This document shows positions 43,129-52,910 of a stretch of DNA of 64,000 nucleotides, one piece after another. The notes under the pieces are model-generated. The model saw only the letters and a program-made list of their open reading frames with translations. It was not told where the DNA came from and made no database searches. The translations under genes were made by a program, and so were the position numbers. The first letter of the stretch is position 1, and the number at the start of each line of letters is the position of its first letter. The stretch lies in contig JBBIIG010000014.1 in NCBI GenBank assembly GCA_037446635.1, positions 16,294 through 80,293 on the forward strand. Reading direction: 5' to 3'. Source of the stretch: a bacterium (GTDB lineage Bacteria; Zhuqueibacterota; Zhuqueibacteria; Oceanimicrobiales; Oceanimicrobiaceae).

Positions 43129-45297
43129 TTGAAGCGGATCAATATTGCGTTCGGAATTCACAATCATCAGCCGGTGGGCAATTTCGATTTTGTGTTTGAA
43201 GGCGCGTACAACGACGCCTACCTGCCCTTTCTCGAGGTTCTCGAAAAGCATCCCAAAATTCGCATCGCCCAGCATTACACGGGCATTCTCTTTCAGTGGA
43301 TAAAAGATCACAAGCCGGAATTCATCCCGCGACTCAGAAAGTTAGTGAAATCCGGACAGATCGAAATGATGACCGGCGGATTTTATGAACCGATTCTGTC
43401 GGTGATTCCGTACCGCGATAAAATCGGCCAGATCAACAAGCTCACTAAGTTTGTGAAAGAACACACGGGCTACGATCCGCAGGGGATGTGGCTGGCGGAG
43501 CGCATTTGGGAGCCGCAGCTTCCCAAGCCCATCAGCGAGGCCGGGGTGACCTACGTTGTATTGGACGATTCCCATTTCAAAAGCGCCGGCTTGCAAAACG
43601 AGCAGCTCCTCGGCTATTACATTACCGAAGAGGAGGGCGCGCCGGTTTTTCTGTTTCCCATCAGTGAGACCTTGCGTTACACCATTCCATTTCAAAAGCC
43701 GGAAAAGACCATCGAGTATTTGCGTTCGATTGCCACGGAGGGCGGGCAAACGCTCGTGGTGTTTGCGGATGACGGCGAGAAATTCGGCGTCTGGCCGGGC
43801 ACCCATAAACACTGTTATAAAGATGGCTGGCTGGAGCAATTCTTCCAACAGCTCGAAGCCAATCTCGATTGGATCAACATCCTGCATTTTTCGGAAGCGC
43901 TGAAAAAGATTAAACCTTTGGGGCGAATTTATTTGCCCACCGCTTCATATCGGGAGATGATGGAATGGGCCATGCCCACCCGCGCGATCCATCAGTATGA
44001 GGAGTTCGAAAATATTCTCAAAAAGAATCACCTGCATGATCAATACAAAGTTTTTGTGCGCGGCGGCTTCTGGCGCAATTTCATGGCCAAGTATCCTGAG
44101 GCCAACAACATGCACAAAAAGATGCTGCACATTAGCGACCGCCTCGCGCGTCTCGACGCCAAACATCGCACGTCTAAGGCCTTTCAGGAAGCGCAGGATC
44201 ACCTCTGGGCCGGTCAGTGCAATTGTCCCTACTGGCACGGCGTGTTCGGCGGGCTTTATCTCAACCATTTGCGGTTTGCCACCTACCGCCAGTTTATTGA
44301 AGCCGAGCGCATTTTGGAGCGCTTGGAAAAGAGCGCCGAAGAATTTAAAAACGGCTGGGTCGATCTCCAAACCTGCGATTACGACAGCGACGGCCTGGAC
44401 GAAGTCATCGTGACCAACAAAGTCATGAATCTTTACTTTGCTCCGGAAAACGGCGCGTCGTTGTTCGAGTGGGATTACAAACCCAAAGCCATCAATCTGC
44501 TTGACACCATGACCCGGCGCGAGGAAGGTTATCATAAAAAGCTGTTGCAGCATCAACAAAATCATCACCAAAAAAATGAAGGCGAGATCGCCAGCATTCA
44601 TGACTTAGTGGTGATGAAAGAAGAAGGGCTGCAAAATTTTTTGCATTATGATTTTTACCGCCGCGCCTCACTGCTTGATCATTTTTTGAAGGATGACGCC
44701 ACGCTGGACTCATTCGCACAATCTCAATACGAGGAAGCCGGCGATTTTCTAACCGCGCCCTACGAATGGTCGCGCAGCGAATTGAAAAATGGCCGCACCA
44801 TTGAGTTTTGGCGATCGGGCCGGGTGAGTGGTTCCCACGGAGCGAGCGCAGTGTGGTTGGAGAAGCGGATCACGGTGCTCAATTCGGAGGCCCGCATCGT
44901 CGTCGATTATAAGATAAAGAACGACGAACAGCAGGAGCGGGCGTTCTGGTTTGGCAGCGAATTGGATTTTGCGCTGCTGGCCGGCGACGCGGACGATCGT
45001 TACTTCGTTTTTCCGGGGCGCGAATTGAATGGCGCGCGCCTGCGCAGCACGGGTGAAATAAAAGACGCCAACCAGGTGTATTTGGTTGACGAATGGCTGG
45101 GCCTGCGGATTGGGCTCAAATTTGAACCATCCGGCTGCATCTGGCGTTTTCCCATCGAAACCATCTCGCAATCGGAAGCCGGCTTCGAGCGCGTCTATCA
45201 AAGCTCGGTGGTGTTCCCCAATTGGAAATTTAAGTTGCAACCCGGAGCCGTGTGGAGCAATAAACTCGAAATCACGATTGAAGATTTGAAGAGGTAA
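43129..45297 (+). CDS. Glycoside hydrolase family 57 alpha-glucan enzyme (amylase / 4-alpha-glucanotransferase type with DUF1925/1926-like tail)
   Basis: INIAFGIHNHQPVGNFDFVFEGAYNDAYLPFLEVL..., WLAERIWEP, FADDGEKFG. GAGGAGG RBS with a TTG start. Confidence 0.9.
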   Translation: MKRINIAFGIHNHQPVGNFDFVFEGAYNDAYLPFLEVLEKHPKIRIAQHYTGILFQWIKDHKPEFIPRLRKLVKSGQIEMMTGGFYEPILSVIPYRDKIGQINKLTKFVKEHTGYDPQGMWLAERIWEPQLPKPISEAGVTYVVLDDSHFKSAGLQNEQLLGYYITEEEGAPVFLFPISETLRYTIPFQKPEKTIEYLRSIATEGGQTLVVFADDGEKFGVWPGTHKHCYKDGWLEQFFQQLEANLDWINILHFSEALKKIKPLGRIYLPTASYREMMEWAMPTRAIHQYEEFENILKKNHLHDQYKVFVRGGFWRNFMAKYPEANNMHKKMLHISDRLARLDAKHRTSKAFQEAQDHLWAGQCNCPYWHGVFGGLYLNHLRFATYRQFIEAERILERLEKSAEEFKNGWVDLQTCDYDSDGLDEVIVTNKVMNLYFAPENGASLFEWDYKPKAINLLDTMTRREEGYHKKLLQHQQNHHQKNEGEIASIHDLVVMKEEGLQNFLHYDFYRRASLLDHFLKDDATLDSFAQSQYEEAGDFLTAPYEWSRSELKNGRTIEFWRSGRVSGSHGASAVWLEKRITVLNSEARIVVDYKIKNDEQQERAFWFGSELDFALLAGDADDRYFVFPGRELNGARLRSTGEIKDANQVYLVDEWLGLRIGLKFEPSGCIWRFPIETISQSEAGFERVYQSSVVFPNWKFKLQPGAVWSNKLEITIEDLKR

Positions 45298-45304
45298 TTT
45301 AAAG

Positions 45305-46891
45305 ATGAAACAGTATCGCAGAAGCTTTCTCGTCATTTCCTCGGTTACTTTGCTGTTTTTAATTTTGGCGTGGCGCTTTGACGCCCAAACCAAAACCGGA
45401 AACATCTACGAACAGAGCCAGCGCTTCATCGAAGTGATGCGGGCGGTGAAAGAATTTTATGTGGAAGATTTGGACACCGGCGAAATGGTGGAGGGCGCCA
45501 TCAACGGCATGTTGGAACGGTTGGACCCGCATTCGGTTTTTATCCCCAAAGAAAAGGTGCAGGAAATCAACGAACAATTTGAGGGAGAATTCGAGGGCAT
45601 TGGCGTGGAGTTCGTCATTAACAATAAATTGCCGACGATCGTTTCCCCCATCGCTGGTTCGCCTTCGGAAAAGGTGGGGCTGCGCGCTGGCGATCGCATT
45701 GTCCGCATCGAAGGCGTTTCGACCTATGGATTCACCGAGGATCAAGTACGGGAAAAACTGTTGGGCCGCAAAGGCGCCAAAGTGACCATTGAAATTTTGC
45801 GCCCCGGTTTGGAGGAGCCGTTCACGGTGACCATCACTCGCGACAAAATTCCGGTGTACAGCGTGCTGGCGGCTTTCATGCTCGACGCGCGCACCGGCCT
45901 GATCAAAATCGGGCGCTTTGCGCGCACCACCAATGAGGAGTTTCAGAAGGCGCTGCTCGACTTAAGGGGCAGGGGCATGAGGCGGCTCATTATCGATTTG
46001 CGCGGCAATGCCGGCGGCTATCTCGAACAAGCGGTGGAGATGGTCGATCACTTTTTGGGCGGCGAAAAGCGCATTGTTTACACTCGCGGCCGCACTCCCA
46101 ACTCCAGCGAAGATTACTTTGCCACCGCCGCCGGCGATTACGAGCAATTGCCGCTGGTGGTGTTGATCGATCACGGTTCGGCCAGCGCCGCAGAAATTGT
46201 GGCCGGCGCGATTCAAGATTGGGATCGGGGATTGGTCGTGGGGCAAACCAGTTTTGGAAAAGGGTTGGTGCAGCAACAAATTCCTTTAAAAGACGGCTCG
46301 GCCTTGCGGGTAACCATCGCCCGCTACTACACGCCCAGCGGCCGGATGATCCAGCGCCCCTACGAGTATGGCCTCGAAAGCTATTTTGCCGAGGGTTTGG
46401 ATGATCGCGATCCCAACGCGGAGGCGGACAGCGCCTCCGGTCGTCCGGTCTTTTTAACCAGCGGCGGACGGAAGGTTTATGGCGGCGGCGGGATCTCGCC
46501 GGATGTGATCGTCAAACCCGAAGTGATTTCGCTCACCTCGGTTAGATTACTACAACAGCAGATTTTCTTTGAATACGGCACCACCTACGCCGCGCAGCAT
46601 CGTAGTTTGGCCAGCAATTTTCTGGGGTTTCGCGATCGTTTTCAGGTTGATGAGCAGATGGTGAACGACTTTATCGGCTTGGCGCGCCGCCGTGGCGTCG
46701 AGGTGAACGATCAACATGTTGCGCAGGACAGCGGCTTCATCAAACGGAGGATCAAAAGCGAGCTCGCCCGCAATTTGTGGGGTACACGGGAGTTTTATCA
46801 AATCGAAGCGCTGGGGGACCAGCAGGTGGTGGAGGCCAGAAAACTCTTCGAGCGCGCCGCGAAGATCGCCGGGCTGAAACTCGAAGGCTAA
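45305..46891 (+). CDS. S41 family C-terminal processing peptidase (PDZ-containing)
   Basis: PDZ domain (GIGVEFVINNKLPTIVSPIAGSPSEKVGLRAGDRIVRIEG). Catalytic region LIIDLRGNAGGYL...VLIDHGSASAAEIVAGAIQD...GQTSFGKG. Confidence 0.9.
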   Translation: MKQYRRSFLVISSVTLLFLILAWRFDAQTKTGNIYEQSQRFIEVMRAVKEFYVEDLDTGEMVEGAINGMLERLDPHSVFIPKEKVQEINEQFEGEFEGIGVEFVINNKLPTIVSPIAGSPSEKVGLRAGDRIVRIEGVSTYGFTEDQVREKLLGRKGAKVTIEILRPGLEEPFTVTITRDKIPVYSVLAAFMLDARTGLIKIGRFARTTNEEFQKALLDLRGRGMRRLIIDLRGNAGGYLEQAVEMVDHFLGGEKRIVYTRGRTPNSSEDYFATAAGDYEQLPLVVLIDHGSASAAEIVAGAIQDWDRGLVVGQTSFGKGLVQQQIPLKDGSALRVTIARYYTPSGRMIQRPYEYGLESYFAEGLDDRDPNAEADSASGRPVFLTSGGRKVYGGGGISPDVIVKPEVISLTSVRLLQQQIFFEYGTTYAAQHRSLASNFLGFRDRFQVDEQMVNDFIGLARRRGVEVNDQHVAQDSGFIKRRIKSELARNLWGTREFYQIEALGDQQVVEARKLFERAAKIAGLKLEG

Positions 46892-46922
46892 AAAATCGGC
46901 GCCGGGCGCAACAAAAAAAGAG

Positions 46923-46951
46923 TTGACTTTTTAACAAAAATTATTTATACT
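46923..46951 (+). promoter_or_regulatory. Sigma-70-type promoter for the exbB operon
   Basis: TTGACT-17 nt-TATACT, about 70 nt upstream of ATG 47022. Confidence 0.55.
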
Positions 46952-47021
46952 TTTGCAAATTTTTGAAATTAAAGGGTGTTATGCGAGTAATTTAATCACT
47001 TATTTGGGAGGAGAAACCGTA

Positions 47022-47657
47022 ATGAATTTGCTGAAAATGTTCCACGACGGCGGCGGTTTTATGTGGCCGATTTTAGCCTGTCTGATCCTCGGAATCGCAA
47101 TTAGCTTGGAACGATTTTGGACCCTATCAAGAGCTTCAGTTAATACTCGAAAGTTTCTCGCCACCATTAAAAAAGCGCTGCAAGAGGGTGGGGTGAAGGC
47201 GGCGACGGAGGTGTGCACCAACACTCGCGGGCCCGTGGCCTCGATTTTTCACGCCGGGCTGCTGCGCGTTGATCGTGGAATCGAACACGTTGAGAAAGCG
47301 ATCATGAACGCTGGCAGCATTGAAATGGCCTTCCTCGAAAAGGGCCTGGTATGGTTGGCTACCATCGTCAGCGTAGCGCCCATGTTGGGCTTCCTCGGCA
47401 CCGTGTGGGGCATGATCTTAGCGTTCGATCAGATCGCCCTTGCTAACGACATTTCTCCCGCCATCGTGGCCGGTGGTATTTCGGTAGCGCTTTTGACCAC
47501 CCTGTTTGGTCTGGTGGTCGCCATCATCATTCAAACTGCCAACAACTATTTCATCTCTCGTGTTGACAAGCTCATCGTCGATATGGAAGAGAGCTCGGTT
47601 GACTTTGTTGACACGCTCATCGAAATGGAAAAAGAAGGCCGGCTCAAAAAGGCGTAA
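47022..47657 (+). CDS. exbB: MotA/TolQ/ExbB proton-channel protein
   Basis: GGAGGA RBS. MWPILACLILGIAISLERF and ...APMLGFLGTVWGMILAF.... Confidence 0.9.
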   Translation: MNLLKMFHDGGGFMWPILACLILGIAISLERFWTLSRASVNTRKFLATIKKALQEGGVKAATEVCTNTRGPVASIFHAGLLRVDRGIEHVEKAIMNAGSIEMAFLEKGLVWLATIVSVAPMLGFLGTVWGMILAFDQIALANDISPAIVAGGISVALLTTLFGLVVAIIIQTANNYFISRVDKLIVDMEESSVDFVDTLIEMEKEGRLKKA

Positions 47658-47696
47658 TCGAGTTTTGAGGCAGTATTTTTTAAGGAGCATTCAAAT

Positions 47697-48098
47697 ATGC
47701 TGGTAGAAAAAAAGAAAAGTCGCATGACAGAAATTCCGTCGGCGTCGTTGGCTGATATCGCATTTCTACTCCTGATCTTTTTCCTGGTTACCACCACTAT
47801 CGACGTGGATAAAGGCATCGGTTTGACGCTGCCTGCCAAGGGCGAGGAGACCCAGGTTCGCACCAAAAATATCACCAATCTATTGATCAATGCCCAGGGC
47901 CAAGTTTTGCTGGATAACGAATTGATCGAGATTGGCGATATTAGCCGAATCGTTCAGGAAAAGATCCGCGAGAACGAAAATTTGATCGTCTCCGTCAAAA
48001 CCGATCGCGAAACCAAATACGAAGTCTTCGTTCAGGCTTTGGACCAATTGAAAATAGCCAACGCATCGCGTATTTCAATTGCCGAACCCGAGAAGTAA
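47697..48098 (+). CDS. exbD: ExbD/TolR biopolymer transport protein
   Basis: SLADIAFLLLIFFLVTTT followed by the periplasmic domain. Confidence 0.9.
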   Translation: MLVEKKKSRMTEIPSASLADIAFLLLIFFLVTTTIDVDKGIGLTLPAKGEETQVRTKNITNLLINAQGQVLLDNELIEIGDISRIVQEKIRENENLIVSVKTDRETKYEVFVQALDQLKIANASRISIAEPEK

Positions 48099-48114
48099 AA
48101 AGGAGGGTGCAAAT

Positions 48115-48528
48115 TTGAAATTCTCGAAAAAGCAAAATGTGCAAGCAGGCATCCCGTTGGCGTCGTTGCCGGACCTGGTCTTTTTGCTATTGATATTTTT
48201 TATGGTGTCATCGGTTTTCAAGGAATTTTCCGGCATCCCGGTGCGGCTGCCGAACGCCTCGAAGATTGAAAAATTGTCCGGCAAACGTGACGTCGCCTAC
48301 CTTTGGCTCAGCAGAGACGGCCAAATCTCCATCGACGATAAATTCGTCAACCTGTCGGATGTTTCGAAAATCATGTACCAGAAACGTATCGACCCCATGC
48401 ACCCATTGAAAGTGGTGTCGTTGAAAATCGATAAGGAAACGGAAATGGGGAGAGTTACCGACATCCACGAGCAGCTCCGTGAAGCCGACGCGCTAAATAT
48501 CAATTACTCCGCAAAACCTTCATCATGA
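48115..48528 (+). CDS. exbD: ExbD/TolR biopolymer transport protein (second copy)
   Basis: AGGAGG RBS with TTG 48115. SLPDLVFLLLIFFMVSSVF. Confidence 0.85.
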   Translation: MKFSKKQNVQAGIPLASLPDLVFLLLIFFMVSSVFKEFSGIPVRLPNASKIEKLSGKRDVAYLWLSRDGQISIDDKFVNLSDVSKIMYQKRIDPMHPLKVVSLKIDKETEMGRVTDIHEQLREADALNINYSAKPSS

Positions 48529-48538
48529 GAGGTGATGT

Positions 48539-49177
48539 ATGAAAAAGAATCCAGAGGCGAACTTGAAGCTCAAATACCGTAAAGTATTTGAAGTGAGCTT
48601 GATCATCACGCTGGTGGTGCTGATCGTTTTCTTTCAAATGCTGCGCGCCATCAGCTTGGAGGCCACCGAAGCCAAAACTCCGGAAATTAAGATCGAGGTA
48701 GCAGACATTCCGCCCACCGAGCAGATAAAACGTCCGCCTCCGCCTCCCAAGCCTTCGGTGCCGATTCCCACTGAAAATGAGGACATTCCGGAGGATTTGA
48801 CGATTGAAAGCACCAACCTCGATTTAACCGAAATACCGCCTCCGCCTCCGCCTCCCGAGGACGACGGCGAAGTCAATATTTTTGTGCCGTATGATGAACC
48901 CCCAAGCCCAATCGGAGGCTTTGCCGCTATTCAGCGCGCCTTGAAATATCCGGAAATTGCGCGCAAAGCCGGCATCGAAGGCAAGGTTATCGTGCAGGTG
49001 CTGGTCTCCGAAAAAGGGGAAGTGGTGGATACCAAAGTGATTAAATCCCTGGGACACGGCGGCATGGATGAAGCGGCAGTGAATGCTATTCGCAGCGTTA
49101 AATGGAAACCCGCTTTGCAAAGAGATAAACCCGTCAAAGTTTGGGTGGCTATTCCGGTTATTTTCAAGCTCAAATAA
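48539..49177 (+). CDS. tonB: TonB-family energy transducer
   Basis: N-terminal TM anchor, Pro-rich spacers (RPPPPPKPSVP, PPPPPPPED), and a C-terminal TonB domain (IARKAGIEGKVIVQVLVSEKGEVVDTKVIKSLG...AVNAIRSVKWKPA). Confidence 0.85.
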   Translation: MKKNPEANLKLKYRKVFEVSLIITLVVLIVFFQMLRAISLEATEAKTPEIKIEVADIPPTEQIKRPPPPPKPSVPIPTENEDIPEDLTIESTNLDLTEIPPPPPPPEDDGEVNIFVPYDEPPSPIGGFAAIQRALKYPEIARKAGIEGKVIVQVLVSEKGEVVDTKVIKSLGHGGMDEAAVNAIRSVKWKPALQRDKPVKVWVAIPVIFKLK

Positions 49178-49210
49178 TTGGGGCTAAAAATTGCCTTCAG
49201 ATTTTTTGTA

Positions 49211-49247
49211 AAAGCGGCGACCGAGAACCGGCGCCGCTTTTTTTGTT
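49211..49247 (+). terminator. Rho-independent terminator after tonB
   Basis: AAAGCGGCG-12 nt loop-CGCCGCTTT followed by TTTTT. Confidence 0.8.
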
Positions 49248-49264
49248 GTGAATGAGTTAATGCT

Positions 49265-49783
49265 ATGAGTCCACAGCTCCGCAATTTCCCTTTCGTGGTT
49301 TTGATTTTGCACTTTGCGGCGTGCTTCAATCCTTTCGCTCCGAGCCTGGATAAAGCTCCCGATTTCTCTAACATCATTACCGAGCAGCGAAGTCCGGAAG
49401 AGGTGCTGCAGAATTTTAAATATGCCTATACTTTCAAAGACTCTCTCCTCTACCACGACGTTTTGGAAGAGTCGTTTGTATTTGAATATTTCGATCCCAA
49501 TCTCGCGCCTTCGGGCGGGTTTCGCACCTGGGGCCGCGATGTTGACTTAAAAACGACTGGCCAGCTTTTTCGCAATTTTGACGTGATTGACCTCGAATGG
49601 CTGGCCACCCTGTTTTCAGAATCGGACGGAGAATTTGAGCGGCGGTTCATGCGATTCAACCTGAATCTGGTCGGGCCTAATTTTAATTTTATTGTGAGCG
49701 GGACCGCCATTTTCACCTTCCGGCGCTCCGACCTCGATAACAAGTGGCGGATCGTCCGCTGGAAGGATGAATCGGATCTCTAA
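49265..49783 (+). CDS. Hypothetical lipoprotein
   Basis: Lipobox-like HFAAC. 172 aa with no recognised motif. It sits at the tail of the Ton cluster. Confidence 0.55.
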   Translation: MSPQLRNFPFVVLILHFAACFNPFAPSLDKAPDFSNIITEQRSPEEVLQNFKYAYTFKDSLLYHDVLEESFVFEYFDPNLAPSGGFRTWGRDVDLKTTGQLFRNFDVIDLEWLATLFSESDGEFERRFMRFNLNLVGPNFNFIVSGTAIFTFRRSDLDNKWRIVRWKDESDL

Positions 49784-49961
49784 CAGCTAACAGGCTGTTT
49801 GAAACTCACCTGGAGTTTTTTAGCAACCTAATGTAACCCAAGTAAATTTTCCGGAATATTTTTTTTGAAGCCCATGTTCACTCTTTTGAATCACGTCAGA
49901 AGTATCGCCCAGTTCTTATTCCTGTGTAATTTAATTAAGAGCATTTTGGAGGATTTCGTTG

Positions 49962-50615
49962 ATGGAACAAGAGTGTCGCCGCTTTTCAAATCTAATCACC
50001 GCGCTGGTGGATGACGAATTGCAAAGCGCAGAAAAGAGTGAAGTTGAAAATCACTTCAAAATCTGCCCCCCCTGCCACCAGCGCTATCAGAATGAAAAGC
50101 GGGTTAAAAGGGTGGTTGCCGATCGTTTGCCTGTTATCAGCGCGCCGGCGTATCTGGTGCAGCGAATCCGCCATCATCTGCAATCGGGCAGAGCGTGGCC
50201 GGGTTTCTGGGAGTTGCTGCGCGATTTGTTTGTTTACCATCCTCTTTCTGCATCCTTTGCGGCTGCGGCGTTGATTTTAATCGTGGCGCTGCCGACATAT
50301 TTTCTCTCCATCCACCGTGATCAGACCGCGAATTTCGCGGGTGAGTTGAATGGCAAAGTTGTTGAGCTCCAGGGGCAAATCATCTGTTTGGATTGTGCAT
50401 ACACCTATCACGATGAACAGAATCAAACGCCGCACACTGAGATTCATCGCATCGGGATCCGCTGCGCCGCCGATCAAATCTGGACGTTTCTTGATACCCG
50501 TCCGCACCAGGAACTGCTGCACGATCCGAAGTATTTGCAGCGGAATGTTCTCGTCAAGGGCGTCGTTTATCAAGATGCGCGCTATGTTTTCATTAAAGAC
50601 TACCAACTATTGTAA
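49962..50615 (+). CDS. zf-HC2 anti-sigma-factor-like membrane protein, with no sigma factor gene adjacent
   Basis: GGAGGA RBS. CRRFSNLITALVDDELQSAEKSEVENHFKICPPCHQRY (H-x3-C-x2-C). One TM helix. The external domain contains CLDC...H...C. Confidence 0.65.
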   Translation: MEQECRRFSNLITALVDDELQSAEKSEVENHFKICPPCHQRYQNEKRVKRVVADRLPVISAPAYLVQRIRHHLQSGRAWPGFWELLRDLFVYHPLSASFAAAALILIVALPTYFLSIHRDQTANFAGELNGKVVELQGQIICLDCAYTYHDEQNQTPHTEIHRIGIRCAADQIWTFLDTRPHQELLHDPKYLQRNVLVKGVVYQDARYVFIKDYQLL

Positions 50616-50657
50616 TACCTTCCCACGGTTTTTCATCGAGCCCAAACCTGAACCAGC

Positions 50658-51560
50658 ATGTTCAAACGAATCAGCGTGGTGGTTAATCCCGTTGCTGGCG
50701 GAAAGAAAGACAAATCGCAGCTCATCGCCAGGCTCACGAAGTTGCTTTCCGCCCCCGGGCGCAGCCTCTCCATTCAGTACACCGAAAAATCCGGCGACGC
50801 CAACCGCTTGGCTCGCGAAGCCGTGCAGCAAAATTCACAGCTCGTGGTGGTGATCGGCGGCGACGGCACCGTAAACGAAGTCGGCTCGGCCCTGGTTGAT
50901 ACCGACGTGCCCATGGCCATTATCCCGCGCGGCTCGGGAAACGGCTTTGCCCGGACGCTGCGGCTGCCGCCGCAATTAGAAGACGCCGCGGCTTTAATCA
51001 ATGATGGAGCGATTTCGCTAATCGACGTTGGGCAGGCGAACGAGCGCTACTTTTTTATGCTAATGGGAGTTGGCTTTGATGCCCGGATCGGCGAGCGATT
51101 TAACGCGCACTCCTCACGGGGGCCGCTGCCGTACTTCTATCTCAGCGCCAAAGAATTTTTTAACTACCGGCCCGCGCCGCTTCAAATCAACTTCAACGGA
51201 AAAGCTTTAGCGCTGGCGCCGTTTATGATTATCATCGCCAACGCCCAGCAGTTTGGCAACAACGCGCGCATAGCGCCGCACGCGATTTTGAACGACGGCC
51301 TGCTCGATATTTGCATCGTGCGCCGCCTCTCTTTTTTCGATCTACTCTTCGCACTGCCCAAACTTTTCAGCGGCCGCATTCACAATTATTCCGGTGTCGA
51401 GTTTTATCAAGCCCAACAGGTTCAGTTACAGCGCGAGCGCGCGGATTTTATCAACCTCGATGGCGAAGCCGTTTGGGAGGAAGCGGTGGTCAACGTTAGG
51501 GTGCTGCCGCGGCGCCTGAAAGTCATCACCCCAAAATTTTGCCCGGCGTTGGCGCCATGA
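50658..51560 (+). CDS. Diacylglycerol/lipid kinase family protein (YegS/BmrU type)
   Basis: VVVNPVAGGKK...VVVIGGDGTVNEV...IIPRGSGNGFAR... Confidence 0.85.
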   Translation: MFKRISVVVNPVAGGKKDKSQLIARLTKLLSAPGRSLSIQYTEKSGDANRLAREAVQQNSQLVVVIGGDGTVNEVGSALVDTDVPMAIIPRGSGNGFARTLRLPPQLEDAAALINDGAISLIDVGQANERYFFMLMGVGFDARIGERFNAHSSRGPLPYFYLSAKEFFNYRPAPLQINFNGKALALAPFMIIIANAQQFGNNARIAPHAILNDGLLDICIVRRLSFFDLLFALPKLFSGRIHNYSGVEFYQAQQVQLQRERADFINLDGEAVWEEAVVNVRVLPRRLKVITPKFCPALAP

Positions 51561-52213
51561 ATTCTCTGGTCATTTTTGTCAAACATCCCGCACCCTACAA
51601 GGTGAAAACCCGGCTCGGAGCGCAAATTGGTTATGCCTTAGCCGCCGACTTGTATAAAATTTTTATTGAACAAACCATCACGATGGCGGCGCGCAGCTCC
51701 GCCGACCGCGTGTTGATTGCGTATGAGTCGGCCGAGCGCGCTGACGACGTTAATTTGGCATTGCCCGCGGCGATGGCGGCGTTTCCGCAAACTGGCAGGG
51801 ATTTAGGCCAGCGGATGTTCAACGCTTTTCAACACACGTTTGCAGAAGGAGCCCATTCCACCGTGATCATCGGCAGCGACAGCCCCACGCTGCCGCGGCA
51901 TTTTCTAAAGCGAGCGTTCGATTATTTGGAACATAAAGATTTAGTGCTTGGCCCGGCGCAAGATGGCGGCTATTATTTGATCGGTTTAAAAACTCCCGTG
52001 CAAAAACTTTTTGAAAACATCGAATGGAGCTCGCCAGTTGTTTTGGAAAAAACGCTGGCGCGCGCCGAACAATTGCAGCTCTCTTTTGATTTGCTGCCCG
52101 TCTGGTACGACGTCGATGAAATCGAATCGCTGAAGCGCGCCGCCCACGATGACGCCAGCGGCCAGATTAAAAACTTCCTGCTGCGAAACTGTCCCACCAT
52201 CCAGCTTGATTGA
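51557..52213 (+). CDS. DUF2064 (TIGR04282-type) putative glycosyltransferase
   Basis: ATGA overlap with the kinase gene. LVIFVKHPAPYKVKTRL...DLGQRMFNAF...IIGSDSPTLP...VLGPAQDGGYYLIGL. Confidence 0.8.
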   Translation: MNSLVIFVKHPAPYKVKTRLGAQIGYALAADLYKIFIEQTITMAARSSADRVLIAYESAERADDVNLALPAAMAAFPQTGRDLGQRMFNAFQHTFAEGAHSTVIIGSDSPTLPRHFLKRAFDYLEHKDLVLGPAQDGGYYLIGLKTPVQKLFENIEWSSPVVLEKTLARAEQLQLSFDLLPVWYDVDEIESLKRAAHDDASGQIKNFLLRNCPTIQLD

Positions 52214-52214
52214 A

Positions 52215-52910
52215 ATGATTTTAGCCGCCCACCAACCTGGCTATTTGCCGACGATTGATTTTTTCTACAAAATGTCGCGCGCGGATGTTTTTGTTTTGGC
52301 GGACGATCTGGTTTTTACGACCCACTCGGATATTAATCGCGCCAAAATTAAAACCGCCCGCGGCCCGAGTTGGCTGACGGTGCCAGTTCGCACGAAGAGC
52401 CGGCGCGGCCAGCTCATTCATCAAGTCGAAACCGATCACCAGCAAAATTGGCGCGCCAAGCATTGGAACACCCTGCGCATGAATTACGCCTACGCGCCCT
52501 ATTTCGAGCTGCACTCCGACTACTTTGAAACTCTTTACTTGTTCGGCGATCCTCCGGCCCGTTTGTTTGAATGGAACGCCGCCGTCATCGATTATCTCGC
52601 GGCCTCGCTGAAATTAAAAACTAAATTGATTCGCAGTTCGGGCCTTAACGTTCACGCCCGCGGCCAGGAGTGGGTTTTCGGCGTCGCCGCCGCCACTGGC
52701 TGTCGCACTTATTTGGCGGACGCAGCCTTCGCGAGGTATCTATCAAAAGAAAAATTTGCTCAACATGGACTCGCCCTGCAATTCTTGCAAAATCCCAAAT
52801 TGCGATACCACCAACAATTTGGCGATTTCATCAGTGGACTTTCTATTGTCGATCTCCTGTTCAACGAGGGAGAACGCAGCCGCGAAATTTTGATGGAGAA
52901 CTCGCCGTGA
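52215..52910 (+). CDS. WbqC-family protein
   Basis: Starts 2 nt after the previous stop. ILAAHQPGYLPTIDFFYKMSRADVFVLADDLVFT...WLTVPV...NWRAKHWNTL. Confidence 0.8.
   Translation: MILAAHQPGYLPTIDFFYKMSRADVFVLADDLVFTTHSDINRAKIKTARGPSWLTVPVRTKSRRGQLIHQVETDHQQNWRAKHWNTLRMNYAYAPYFELHSDYFETLYLFGDPPARLFEWNAAVIDYLAASLKLKTKLIRSSGLNVHARGQEWVFGVAAATGCRTYLADAAFARYLSKEKFAQHGLALQFLQNPKLRYHQQFGDFISGLSIVDLLFNEGERSREILMENSP

Noticed and set aside
46953-47021. Upstream extension of exbB from 46953
   Set aside because: The extension overlaps the predicted -10 region. ATG 47022 has a GGAGGA RBS and begins the typical ExbB N-terminus.
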